Shown one piece after another: positions 53,549 to 64,000 of a DNA stretch of 64,000 bases (position 1 is its first letter; each line of letters starts with the position of its first letter). Under the pieces are notes generated by a model, which was not told the DNA's origin, ran no database searches, and saw only the letters and a list, made by a program, of their open reading frames with translations. The DNA is from Pelomyxa schiedti (lineage: Eukaryota; Protista; Evosea), in NCBI GenBank assembly GCA_020536535.1, contig JAHLWZ010000183.1, positions 55,818-119,817 on the forward strand, written 5' to 3'. A program made the position numbers and the translations under genes.

Positions 53549-56500
53549 ATGTCGGGGTGCCTCGAGCGACGATTGCGCAACGGAACCAGTGTCGCGGATC
53601 CAGCCTGTGTCTACACATGGGGGTGTGTGCCGTGCCTTGTTCTCACTCTTCTCGGCTCCGCATGTGTCTCCCATTTCGTGGCTTGCGGTTCTCGCTCACT
53701 TCTCTTGGTTTCTAAAAAAAAAAAAAAAAACAACAGGTGTGGGCAGCATGGACAACTTGGGCACGGTGACAAGTTGGACAGACCAGGACCAGCCCTGGTG
53801 CGTCGTTGGCTGTGTTTTTTTTTCCCGTTCATGCATACCTACATTTCTTCCTTACCAATGATGACCATGGTTTTTTTTTTTCTTTTTGTTTGTGTGTGTA
53901 GGTTGCTAAACTCCTGCCGACCGAGTGCTCCATGTCGGCAGAGCCTGTCTCCATTTCTGCCAGTGGGTCGAGAACAGCGGGTAAAAATCAAGCAAGAACA
54001 CTACTTTCATATCTAATGATGATGGGAACTGTGTGCAGTTGTTGACTCTGAAGGAAGAGTCTACGTTTTTGGAGGAGCCACGGAAACTGAGCCTGGCAAT
54101 GTCAGGCCCGTTCAAGTTACTGAACTTATGGACCGCAAAATAAAAGAGGTTTTGTGGCTGAATGTATGCATTCCATAAAGGTCACACACAGCCAGGTTGC
54201 CTGCGGGGCCCTTCACATGGCTGCACTGGATGCAAGAAGTGGCGAAGTTTTACAGTGGGGAAATGTAGAAAGAGTTTATCCTATCTCGCCTGAATTGATT
54301 CAATATCCAGGTGTGTGGAACTCTCATTTCACCATCACTTGTGCCCGGTTTGGAATCAATTGTCGTCGATCAAGTAATGACTCTTGCATTTCTTTTCTCT
54401 TTGAGGCTCAACTATTTAACAGGTAGTGGCTTGTGGTGCCTTCACACTTGCTATTGCAGCTGGAAGTGTTTACAGTTGGGGTTGTAATTCCCGAGGTCAA
54501 CTGGGAATGGGAGACACACAAGTCAGTACTATCTCTTTGATAAGTGAAATGATAGTGCATTATTTATACAGTCAAGATTAAATGACGAAACAAGGATAGG
54601 AAGTCCGCTTCTCGGATCACTGCTCTTTCATCTTCTGTTATAATCAAGGCTGCTTGTGGTGGACAACACTCTTTATTTCTTACCAGTGACGGTTCTGTTT
54701 TTGCGTGTGGTTTCAACAAATATGGACAACTTGGCCTTGGTGATGTAATGGACAGAACGTTACCACAGCCAATCTCTCGGAGATCACTTCCTCCTATTCA
54801 ACTGATTGCATGTGGAGATAACCATTCTATGTTTGGTGAGTAACCCAAATGCATATCCCTTTATCTAAGGAAAAAACGAAAAGCAACCCAAATTGAGAAT
54901 AATTCGAACCTCCTGTATGTGTGCGGACGCAGGGGTCAGTGTGGCTTTGAGACAGACAACGTGTTAATACCACAGTACAATCTTCTAAACCATAACTGGC
55001 TTTTGAGCTCTTACTAGGCCGTTGGATGACTTCAATTCCTTTCTTCAGGCAACAGCTGATTCCATGATATCTATCTGTGGCAACGGTGCCTTCAATGCCA
55101 GCCATAGTGCCGTTGTTACGAGACTAGGTAGGCTTTATCATCCTTAAAGAAGCACCAACACCAATCAAGGAAGGCTATATACATGGGGGGGTTCAAAATA
55201 TAACCAGTGCGGAGTATGGGGGAAAGATAACGTTCCCACACCAACTTTGGTAGAGTCACTTGCTACCCTTCAAGTCTCACAGGTATGTATAATATTTTTA
55301 GTGCATCTAAATTGTCCAAGGTTGCTTGTGGTTGGTTGCACACAGTAGCACTGTCCAAGGCAACAAAAACCGTTAAACCTCATATCATACACACCCTACT
55401 GGGACCTTTCACTCCCATCCCTGGTGCTGTCATGAGTGAAATCTTGATGTACCTTACCCCAAAGGTATGTGCACATATCGTTCTTCAATGAAATAAATAT
55501 CTTTAGGATTTGGCAAGCCTGTCCCTTGTTAACAGTGTAATGCACCAGCTGGCAAATGCTGACGAACTGTGGGCAAACCTTTTTAAGCTCCGTCATTACA
55601 CTGTCACCCCTGCCTACATGACTTGGGAAACATCTATACTGTCTGATAAGAACTCGGTTGCGTACAAATATGCCATTAAACTGCAGCCTTCAACGTAGTT
55701 TCCTTCTCATTTATATTTTTACTCAACAACCACAGAGCAGTCGATATTGTGGCACTGTGGAAAATTCGATTTATATATGCGTGCAATAAAAAATTTCTCT
55801 CGGCTGGTTCTCTGTCCAATGTTGTTGCAGCAGCACCGGCACCAGCACAAAAAAGAGGCTGGTATTTCTCTGTTAACTAATTGTGGGACTCCCTAACACA
55901 CTAAAAGGTTTTCTTCACTTTTCACTGTATATTTTCCTAGTTCTTTGAAGTCCCCGACTAACCAGCCTAGAAACCTCATCAGTTCCGCATTCTCATGGTG
56001 GGGTTAGATGCTGCCGGAAGGACTTCCATTTTGTACACTTTTTCGCCCTGTGTTCCTCACATAAATCTCATGCCACCTAGATATAGGTTAGTACTGAATG
56101 AAGTTATATCGGCCATACCTACTATTGGTACATACCCCACTTTTCTGTGTGTTGACATCACAAAAGGTTTCAACGTTGAATCTTTCAACCTTGATGATTT
56201 CCAGTTTACTGTCTGGTAAAGTGACCTTCCTCCCTTTTCTTATTTACCTTCTACTAGGGATATCGGTAGGTATTGCTCTACTCCCGCAAATCTGACCGCC
56301 GCCGATAAGGTGGAGAGGATAAAATAAGGCCACTGTGGAGACATTATTTTCTAAATACACAAGCACTGGCATTTGTGATCGACTCCAACGACAGAGAAAG
56401 GCTGGAAGGTAGATTCCATAAACGCCTTAAAACCAAAAAAAAAGCACCTCTCACATCCTTCAGAGGCTAGTGTCGAGTTCCACAAAGCCCTAGCAGAGGA

Positions 56501-56696
56501 CGAGCTAACTGGTGCTGTTGTGATTGTTTTTGCAAACAAACAAGACTTGCCTAATGCTATGACTGTGGAGGAAATATCCGCTGGTATGAAAATGTCCACT
56601 ATTCGAAATAGAACTTGGAATGTCCGAGGTTGCAGCGTGATTACTGGTGAAGGCCTGAGAGAAGGCTTTTTGTGGCTTGGTGAGCACATCTCATAA
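53549..56696 (+). CDS. RCC1-repeat + F-box + Arf-like GTPase fusion protein
   Basis: [14 protein letters not shown] and related RCC1 repeats; F-box [22 protein letters not shown]; Arf [46 protein letters not shown]. Confidence 0.82.
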
Positions 56697-56790
56697 AAAA
56701 AAAAGGGACACCAATCATTTTGGACTACGTTTTTACTTTTTGTATTCGTTTTTGAAAAATTGTCAACACCAATAGTAGGGAAGAAAATTA

Positions 56791-57663
56791 TCAGTGTAAG
56801 AGGTGGAGCAAGAGGTCCTTGTAGTCACCAGAAGTGTCACCCCTTATAGCACGTTCCATTGGCTTGCCGTAGAGGCGAAGGAATTCAGCTGCTGCTGCGT
56901 GGATCATTGCCCTATCATTGATGCAGAACATTCGAATGAGAAGCGAGTCATTGGTACCTATTCCGGAAATGTTAGAGGTTTTTGATTTTCATTTCATTTC
57001 GTTTCGTTTTTGTTTTTGTTTTTGTTTGTAGGAAGTAGGTTCCACTGCTTACCAAGGCCGTTCACAGCGTCGTAAATGCGCTGGGCAACATAAGTGGGCC
57101 TAGGAGTGCACAAGGCAAGCAAGACGTGCTCGAAGTCACCGCTGGTTTCGCTCTTAATGGCAGTCTCCAGCGAGTGGTGCTTGTGGTGTTTCTCGTAATG
57201 CTGGGAAACGGCCTGGATGTGGGCAGCAGAGCTGCGGGAAAGGACTTCGATGAAGGCCTCCTCGTTTGTGCCAAGGCGGCCCTCGCCTGCCTTGTAAAGC
57301 TTCTCAGCATCTTTCTCCACCAAGGAGTGCTCAACGTGGCCGGGGAGCATCCTGGTTCCCTACAAGTGAGAGCCAAGTGAGAAACTTAAAACAGGACAGT
57401 GCATAAAGAAATCACACCTTGAGCGCTTCCATCAAAACCTTTCGGAAGTTGTGGCCAGTATCGCCAGCAACTGCGTGCTCCAGAGTTCCATGATGCTTTC
57501 GGGTCCAGGCCTCTTTCATGAGTGCCAACTCCTCAAAACTGACCTGTGTGATAACATCAATCAACTCCCTCTCGTTTGTTCCGGGGCGTGAAACAGCCTC
57601 ATGAATGCAATCGCAAAGGTAGTCACCAAGAGGAGTCACTAATTTTTGTGTCAAACACGTAGA

Positions 57664-57696
<33 letters not shown>

Positions 57697-58045
57697 CAAA
57701 AGATAGTATTGAAGGTAAAGAAAAGGAGGCGCAGGCAAATCACTTACTTAGACCAAGCAAAAGGGCCTTGAAATTTCCAGAAGTGTCGCCCTTGATGTCG
57801 CTCTCGAGGGTGTGGCCATGTTGCTCCTTGTATGCGTGTGCAACTAGAGCCAAATGAGCCCTTGGTCGGGAGGTAAAAATCTCAATTATCGTTGCTTCAT
57901 CGGTGCCTTTGGGTTGTTAAATTTAAGTGCCAGAGGTGAGGGGGGGGGAAAAAAAAAGAAAGAAGAAAAACACACCAGCACCAGACATGGCGTGGTGAAG
58001 GGCATGAACATCGTGGTGTACATCGTGTGCTGCTGTGGCTGCCAT
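56791..58045 (-). CDS. Annexin (four repeats)
   Basis: GTDEATII, GTNERELI, LGTNEEAFI and GTNDSLLI endonexin folds, plus DTSGDF-type motifs. Confidence 0.92.
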
Positions 58046-58444
58046 TGTGGAAAACTTGTTGGTTGAAATGAAAAAAAAAAAGAGAAAAATCACATAACGG
58101 TTTAAAAGACTCTCCCTTTTTCGTCTTTCCCAGGTTCTTCTCGAAATTCCTATCTACTCCAAATCCACTGGAGATTCCGAGACCACGACTCTAGTGCCCG
58201 GCAGAGTCGCCGCTGAAAATTGGAGTCCTCAGGGCATTGTTTTCTCTTCACCACTCTGAAAGAGCAGTTGGGAAAAACAATCTGTTACGTGTCATGTGGG
58301 GCCCCAGGGGAACCCCAAGCCTTTTGGTTTGTCCCGTTTAAAAGAGCGAAATCGATTTCGTAAAAACCATCAAAATACAAGATCACTGTCAAATTTGGCA
58401 GCGACACGATCAAACGTGGATTTCAGTTTTCCCTGTCAAGCAAG

Positions 58445-60162
58445 ATGACAAGATCCACAAACAACAAAATCATTGCGTTGGTGTGTCTGTTGTGCGGGTG
58501 TGCGGTGTCGCAGTGGTGCGATGATCCGGCTGTTGTCGCAAATTACTGGACCTACGTGTACTGGAACTTCGAGACTACGCAATATGGTTATTTACCGTCG
58601 GGAAACACCACAGACAGCTACACGGGAGCGTGCAGCTCTTCGCAGCTTCCTGGTATGCGGTTCTTATGTTTGTAAAAGTTGGCTTAAGTTGTTCATGTGA
58701 AGCTGTGTGGTACACTTTCCAGCCAAGCGTGAGTGGGCAACTTGTTGTTTCTACTTGTGGAACCACTTGGGATACTATCATTGAGGTGACTTAACAAATA
58801 TGGCATTATTCTTTCTTACGGTGCCTTAGGTTCAAGGGGGCTTTTCGTGCAGTGACCGTGTCTGCATTGGAATAAACGACGATGGATGTTACCCTGCTTC
58901 TACTCTTACGTTGTCTGCCAGTGCATATGAATTCTACAACATAAAAATCCGCCCCTTTTCGTACTATCCTGAAAACGCCCAGTATACGTTCACACTTGAA
59001 TTTACTCCTGACGGTGTTTCTGTACCAGCCTCGAGCACACACAATAGCTATAATGATTGTAAGCTTTTTCGCGGTCCCCTTGTGATTAGTCTTACCAATT
59101 CCCTGCAAAGTTTGCCCCTCGCGGATCTATCTTTGGGACAATGAGGCTTCAGGTTACTACCTGAACAGTTACTCTGAGGTTGATACTGGTGATTGTTGGG
59201 ATAACGAATGGCTTTGGGAGTACGGTAAACAATTGGCTATCTTCCATATCTCTAATTAACTCTAATACAGGTGAGTGGTTTGTATATTCCACTTCCTACT
59301 CTTCAAGACTCTCCATATGTTCTGAGTTGCCTGTCACTCTCATTGTAAGGACGAAAAGGAGTGGCTAATGAACTTCTAATACTTTTACTAGTTTGTAGAT
59401 GATCTCTGTGAGTACAGTACTCCGTCGTGCTTTTATACAGTTTCGAGCAACTGGGAAGGTAGGGATGAATGCCAGTACCAGATTGAAGTTGACATGGGAA
59501 CCTATTATGGATGGTCGGTTGATTTCTTGGTTAAATCGTGAGTCATTGGATTTCACCCCACAAAATGAAATAACCCGAAATTGTAGGCAGTACAGTGGGG
59601 CATATATCAGTGTAAGCACATACCAATATGACTTTTCCTCCGACGACTGGCATTTCCCCAGTAAGGTCGATAATATCTCTGACCGTGTTTTGACTTTTCT
59701 CAGTCTGGGTTGTTATTCTCGCCTTCAGTCTCCTGCTCTTAAGTCTTGGCTTATTCTGTTTGCTTGGAGCCTACTGTTGTCACAGAAGAATCGCAAAGAA
59801 GTAGGCTATTCTTTTCCGTTTTTGCTTTAATTTGTATTAACCCTTTGAAGGAAGGAACAATATGATCACTTGGAGGACCAGAAAGACCTTGTTGAAATTC
59901 CTTCTATAAACGGACAACCCGCCTCAACGGAGAAGACTGAACCTACCGGCTCAAATCCTGCACCGATAGCCCCTCCAAATGTGGCACCGTATGGACCTTA
60001 TACCTTTTCCTTACCTCTCACTGATGTACCTACAGGCCAAAATACACACCAGTATACTTTCCGTTTTCATTCTTCCAACAAGCACCAATCACTCCTCCAA
60101 CACAACCACCCCCCCAATTGTATCCCACAATCACTCTTCCCACTCTCACCTCCAAGAACTGA
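58445..60162 (+). CDS. Type I membrane protein of unknown family (signal peptide, ectodomain, TM, Pro-rich tail with PPKY)
   Basis: Signal peptide KIIALVCLLCGCAVS; TM VWVVILAFSLLLLSLGLFCLLGAYCC; spliced tail AKK|KEQYDH...PPKYTP (PPxY motif). Confidence 0.6.
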
Positions 60163-60711
60163 GCACTACAATTAACAAGGCACGAAAACCTACCATGTTT
60201 ATTACTGTACATTTCAATCTACCAACAAAGGGAAACACGCGAACAAACATTCGTCTAGCAGTCGGAAAAATTCTCTTTCTCAAATTCGGAAGTGGGTGCA
60301 TGTAGAATCAGGGATTAGCCAAGAGAACGCAGGCTCATGTGGCACTGACACTGGTCAGTGCTCAAACTGTGAAGACTTGGTGATGTTTTTCTATGTACAA
60401 AATTCGTTGTCACTTGAAGCACTTGACAGTTTAAGACTTTGTAGCAACGCTCGAAATATCTGGCACCAAATGTCCCTCCGTTTCCCAGCACCCTCCCGAC
60501 TTTTCAGCTCACAACAAATTTGCACACAGACCAGCTTACCCTTCCACCCCAAGTCACCTTCAAGCCAATTCAACTTTAACCTTCGAAAAATGAAAAACAA
60601 GGCCATAAGCCACGTGCCCTTCCGTTGGTGTCAGTGACAAGGTAATGGAGAAACTACAGTCAGCAGTACGATAAATTTCTTTGTTTCAGCTTGTTCAACG
60701 AAAAAGAAAAA

Positions 60712-61440
60712 ATGATGGGCGATACACAGAGTAATTGGACACGATCCCTCACACGATACAATTGCATTGCAATTTGAATTGAAATGCTCGGCGTTACTAT
60801 CCGCCTATCGGTCTCTCGGTTTTTCTGATTCGTTGTTTGTGTTTTAGAAATTGGAGCGCTTTTGGCAGCTGCGGGGGGTTTTTTCACGTTTCTGGGTGTA
60901 ATTATGTTCCTGGATAGAGGCCTTTTGGCTATTGGAAATGTATGCCTTTGTATTTCTCCCTCTTCCTTAATCCTACGTAGTCAACGATTTATGTTAATTT
61001 AATTAAAAAAATATGAAGTCCCTCAATATAACTTAAATAAGTTGTGCACTGGCTGACATGGAATTTAGATTCTATTCCTCGTAGGAGTAGTGATGCTTAT
61101 TGGACCTGGTAGAACAGGAAGATTTTTTTGGCAGCCCAGCAAGAGAAGGGGCAGTGTATGCTTCTTTCTTGGAATGTTCTTGGTTTTGATCGGCTGGGTG
61201 TTTACTGGTCTTATGATAGAAATATTCGGTGTTGTCAACCTATTTGGGTGTGTTCCTACTGAAAAACCAGTAAACAGCTTACTTTTATCCTACCAAACAG
61301 CGATTTCTTTCCCATGTTAATTACACCCCTGAGAAGAATTCCAGTTATTGGGACCTTTTTATCTTTGCCAATAATAAAGCAAGTGTCCACAGCACCTTCA
61401 GTTTGTACTAACTGTATTCAACAGCTCAATTATTGAAATG
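60712..61440 (+). CDS. GOT1: Got1/GOLT1 vesicle transport protein
   Basis: MMGDTQ|KIG...FLDRGLLAIGN, IGPGRTGRFF and GDFFP..LRRIPVIG match the Got1/Sft2 family. Confidence 0.9.
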
Positions 61441-61645
61441 TGTTTAGGCTCACACTCCAGTCTCTAAGCTCCCAGAGAAAAAAAAATTGAAGGCAATAAA
61501 TATATACAAAAACAATAAGCTTATTTCCATTCCCTTTTGTTTTGTGTTTTGTTTGTCCAGACTGTCCAGAAGCACAACCCATATTTTTTACCATACCTTT
61601 GCCTTCGTGTAATTTGCGTTGTCGAATCAATCAATAGAACTTAAA

Positions 61646-63271
61646 TCAAGCGTCATTTTCTTCACCATTTCCTCTACGACGATGGTGTCTCCTTTGCTGT
61701 TTCTTCTCTCGGCCGTCGTTCTCGGCCTCAGGGTCCTCCTCGTCTCTACGGGTTTTCCGGGTTCTCTTTGCTGATGAAGAAGAGGATGAGGACGAGGAAT
61801 AGGACCTCGCGTGCTTCTTGCTGTGAGAGTGACCGCTGTTTGCGCTGTTTTTGATATTTACATCGATGTTGCTGTTGTAATCCTTGAATACTTCGTCTTC
61901 TAGACTGGAATCAGAGGGGGTTGTGGATGCGGATGTGGATGTGGTTAGTGCTGCAGCTCCATTTGATGTTGTTGTTGCTGCTGCTGCTGCTGTTCCTGCG
62001 GAACCCGGTGGTACTGTGACTAGTTCAACACTGGGAGGTAGAACGGCCTTCATGAATCCCCATCGCTGTGTGAACCAGTGCCAAGTCAGCATGATATAAG
62101 CGATGGTGAAGTTGACTATAAGTTCAGTGTCGTGGAACCAGCTGGTGGCATGTCCCATAATGTGCATCGGAGAGAACAGGAGGTGGAACAGGAAGAAGTC
62201 AGCAACGGACACGACTTGAACGAATGCCCAGGCCGACACAACCCTCACGACAGGGTTGGTGAATTCACGGAAGGCGTTCCCGTACAGCCCCATCGTAATT
62301 ATGGGCATGAGCGGGTATGATGCGCAGGCTACTCCAAAGTGCCACATGTCTCCGGGCTTGCATTCTTCGCAGTATAGAGCAGTGAATCCATAGACTATGT
62401 GAGAGACAGCTACGCCATTGGTGAAGATAATTCCGGTAAGAACCAGGCCTCTGACCAAGAGGGGGATGGGCTTGAACTTGAGCAGAAGGTCTTTGGAGAA
62501 CCAGATTCCGAGCCATAGCTGAGTCACAATTGCCATCTGAATCCAGCATAGAGCCCAGTTGACAAATATCCCGTCAAAGTGGTCCCTTCGAATTCCAGTG
62601 ATTCCCAGAAGTAGAAGACACCAGCTTCCCCACGTGACAACATACCACCCAACTCCGCGGAATACTCCCAGCCAAGCAAGAAGCTTCCCATCAAAGCACA
62701 CATCCTCCCACGCACCAAAGAAAAACCCAATTAAAATGAATGTGATGTGGCCTGTCATAACCTTTGCCGCAGTATCCAAAAAGGACCGCATTATGACCTC
62801 GTGGATGAAAAACAGCCCCAGCATAGCCACGAACACTAGGACGTATCTCTCGGCTCCAAGCAAAGTAGGCTTCTTCATAGGCGAAGGAGCATTTGGCCAA
62901 AAGTGACTGGCGTAGATAGATGCCAGAATGTTATAGCCAAGGCATGGAATGTAGAACTTTGTGTACCAGACCACTCCAAAGTAGTTGTACACGAAGCCAA
63001 GTATGGAAAGGCCCAGAGTAATGGCAATAACGAGAGAAATCGCCCAGCTTCTGTTGCCGAATCTGAGCACATATTTTATCTTTGCAGCCTCGGCGGCCGG
63101 GTTGGATTCTGGTGGCTTAGTGGGTGTTGCTGCTGGTGGTGGATTACTTGGGGCGGAGGAGGATTCTGTAATTTGGTATGAAGTGGAAGATGGAGGTGGT
63201 TTTGTGGGTGTTTTTGTGTTGACACGCTCATCGTTGTTACCGAAGACTGTGAGTGCGATATCGCGGTTCAT
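61646..63271 (-). CDS. Intronless polytopic membrane protein (~10 TM) with a charged/Ser-rich C-tail
   Basis: Single 1.6-kb ORF with repeated hydrophobic helices; family not confidently recognised. Confidence 0.75.
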   Translation of the reverse strand: MNRDIALTVFGNNDERVNTKTPTKPPPSSTSYQITESSSAPSNPPPAATPTKPPESNPAAEAAKIKYVLRFGNRSWAISLVIAITLGLSILGFVYNYFGVVWYTKFYIPCLGYNILASIYASHFWPNAPSPMKKPTLLGAERYVLVFVAMLGLFFIHEVIMRSFLDTAAKVMTGHITFILIGFFFGAWEDVCFDGKLLAWLGVFRGVGWYVVTWGSWCLLLLGITGIRRDHFDGIFVNWALCWIQMAIVTQLWLGIWFSKDLLLKFKPIPLLVRGLVLTGIIFTNGVAVSHIVYGFTALYCEECKPGDMWHFGVACASYPLMPIITMGLYGNAFREFTNPVVRVVSAWAFVQVVSVADFFLFHLLFSPMHIMGHATSWFHDTELIVNFTIAYIMLTWHWFTQRWGFMKAVLPPSVELVTVPPGSAGTAAAAATTTSNGAAALTTSTSASTTPSDSSLEDEVFKDYNSNIDVNIKNSANSGHSHSKKHARSYSSSSSSSSSAKRTRKTRRDEEDPEAENDGREKKQQRRHHRRRGNGEENDA

Positions 63272-63690
63272 TTTTAGAATTGTGTGTGCGCAAGTGGTGG
63301 GTTGTTGTGGTAATTTTGACAATTGGCACTGAGGCCAGAAGGCGCACGGGGAAGTAAAAAATTTGCAACGCTAGGGAAAAGCCTAGGAAGCAGCAAAGTT
63401 ATTATTTTTTTTAAGGAAGAAAAATAAAAAAAAATCGAAAATCAATACAACGTCTCTGTTCTTCTGGGAAAGTGAATCGTCCCGACCCTGTGGAAAAATG
63501 TGACCTAAATCTTTCGTTTACGCGGATTCTTTGAGATCCGTGCTTCCCAGTTGTTTTGGGTGGGAGCTCGATCGATGTAAGATTCCTCCGGGAATAGATC
63601 CGGAGGTAGAGAGACAAAAGAATGAAAAAAAAGTTTACTTTTTGTTACTCTGTTAGATACAAATGTTTTCTATCAAACCCTCTTGCTCTC

Positions 63691-64000
63691 TTAGGACTTG
63701 TCGCGGTGTGAGCGCCTGTGGTGGGATCCAGAGGCTTTCTCGGTGCTTCCAACGTCAGGGGACTTGCTCACTTCTACACTTCCTGTGATCTTGACACCAT
63801 GGTGCTTGTGGGTGGAGCTGTGATGGTGCTTCTTGGAGCTAGAGCTGGACTTGGATTTGTGGTGGTGGTGGCGGTGCGATGAACCCTTGGATGACACTTC
63901 AACACTCGCGGATAATTCTGCGGGTTTGGTTTCTGTGGAAACGGCAGCAGCGGCCTTGGAGCCAGCAGTGGCTGCTACATCCACCTTGGCAGAGCCTCCC
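63691..64000 (-). CDS. 3' end of a K/S/His-rich repeat protein (5' part outside window)
   Basis: Open frame to the stop at 63691; 63880-64000 is identical to the reverse complement of 39477-39597. Confidence 0.72.
   Translation of the reverse strand, partial: GGSAKVDVAATAGSKAAAAVSTETKPAELSASVEVSSKGSSHRHHHHKSKSSSSSKKHHHSSTHKHHGVKITGSVEVSKSPDVGSTEKASGSHHRRSHRDKS

Noticed and set aside
52959-53832. Dense overlapping ORFs between the GPCR and RCC1 genes
   Set aside because: A CpG/GC-rich divergent 5' region with few stop codons; no recognisable domains.
58186-58209. Hairpin CGACTCT-N10-AGAGTCG in the intergenic region
   Set aside because: A 7-bp stem is expected by chance in 64 kb; no ncRNA context was recognised.

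Overview
This is a very compact, intron-rich eukaryotic genomic window. Introns are short (mostly ~40-70 nt) GT-AG, intergenic gaps are often only 100-350 bp, and there is one 100-N scaffold gap. The gene content (ROCO kinase, Cys-rich transmembrane kinase, cAMP-receptor-like GPCR, F-box/small-GTPase fusions) suggests an amoebozoan, possibly an archamoeba such as Pelomyxa; this is inference only. I assembled about 25 genes by hand, so exon boundaries are approximate. Housekeeping genes: DHX16/Prp2, TrmO, ELP2, TAF4, SWT1, GOT1, annexin, an SR protein and an acid sphingomyelinase-like gene. The most unusual items are: (1) a spliced gene encoding a Ras-like GTPase + F-box + Vint-type Hint (autoprocessing) domain with intact Cys1 and TxxH; (2) a ~6 kb gene fusing a MIDAS-intact VWA domain to a complete EF-1alpha/HBS1-like GTPase; (3) a Rho-like + kinase gene carrying a ~1.46 kb in-frame segment nearly identical to a Lys/Ser/Pro/Val-rich repeat gene seen at both window edges, i.e. 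a probable recent chimeric gene; (4) CpG-rich 5' ends versus CpG-poor gene bodies, with repeat copies differing largely by CpG transitions, which points to DNA methylation; (5) an RCC1-F-box-Arf fusion whose switch-II motif sits on an 8-nt microexon; (6) a ROCO kinase with a degenerate ROC domain and a ~110-aa helical insert in the kinase. I found no rRNA, tRNA, CRISPR array or transposase.
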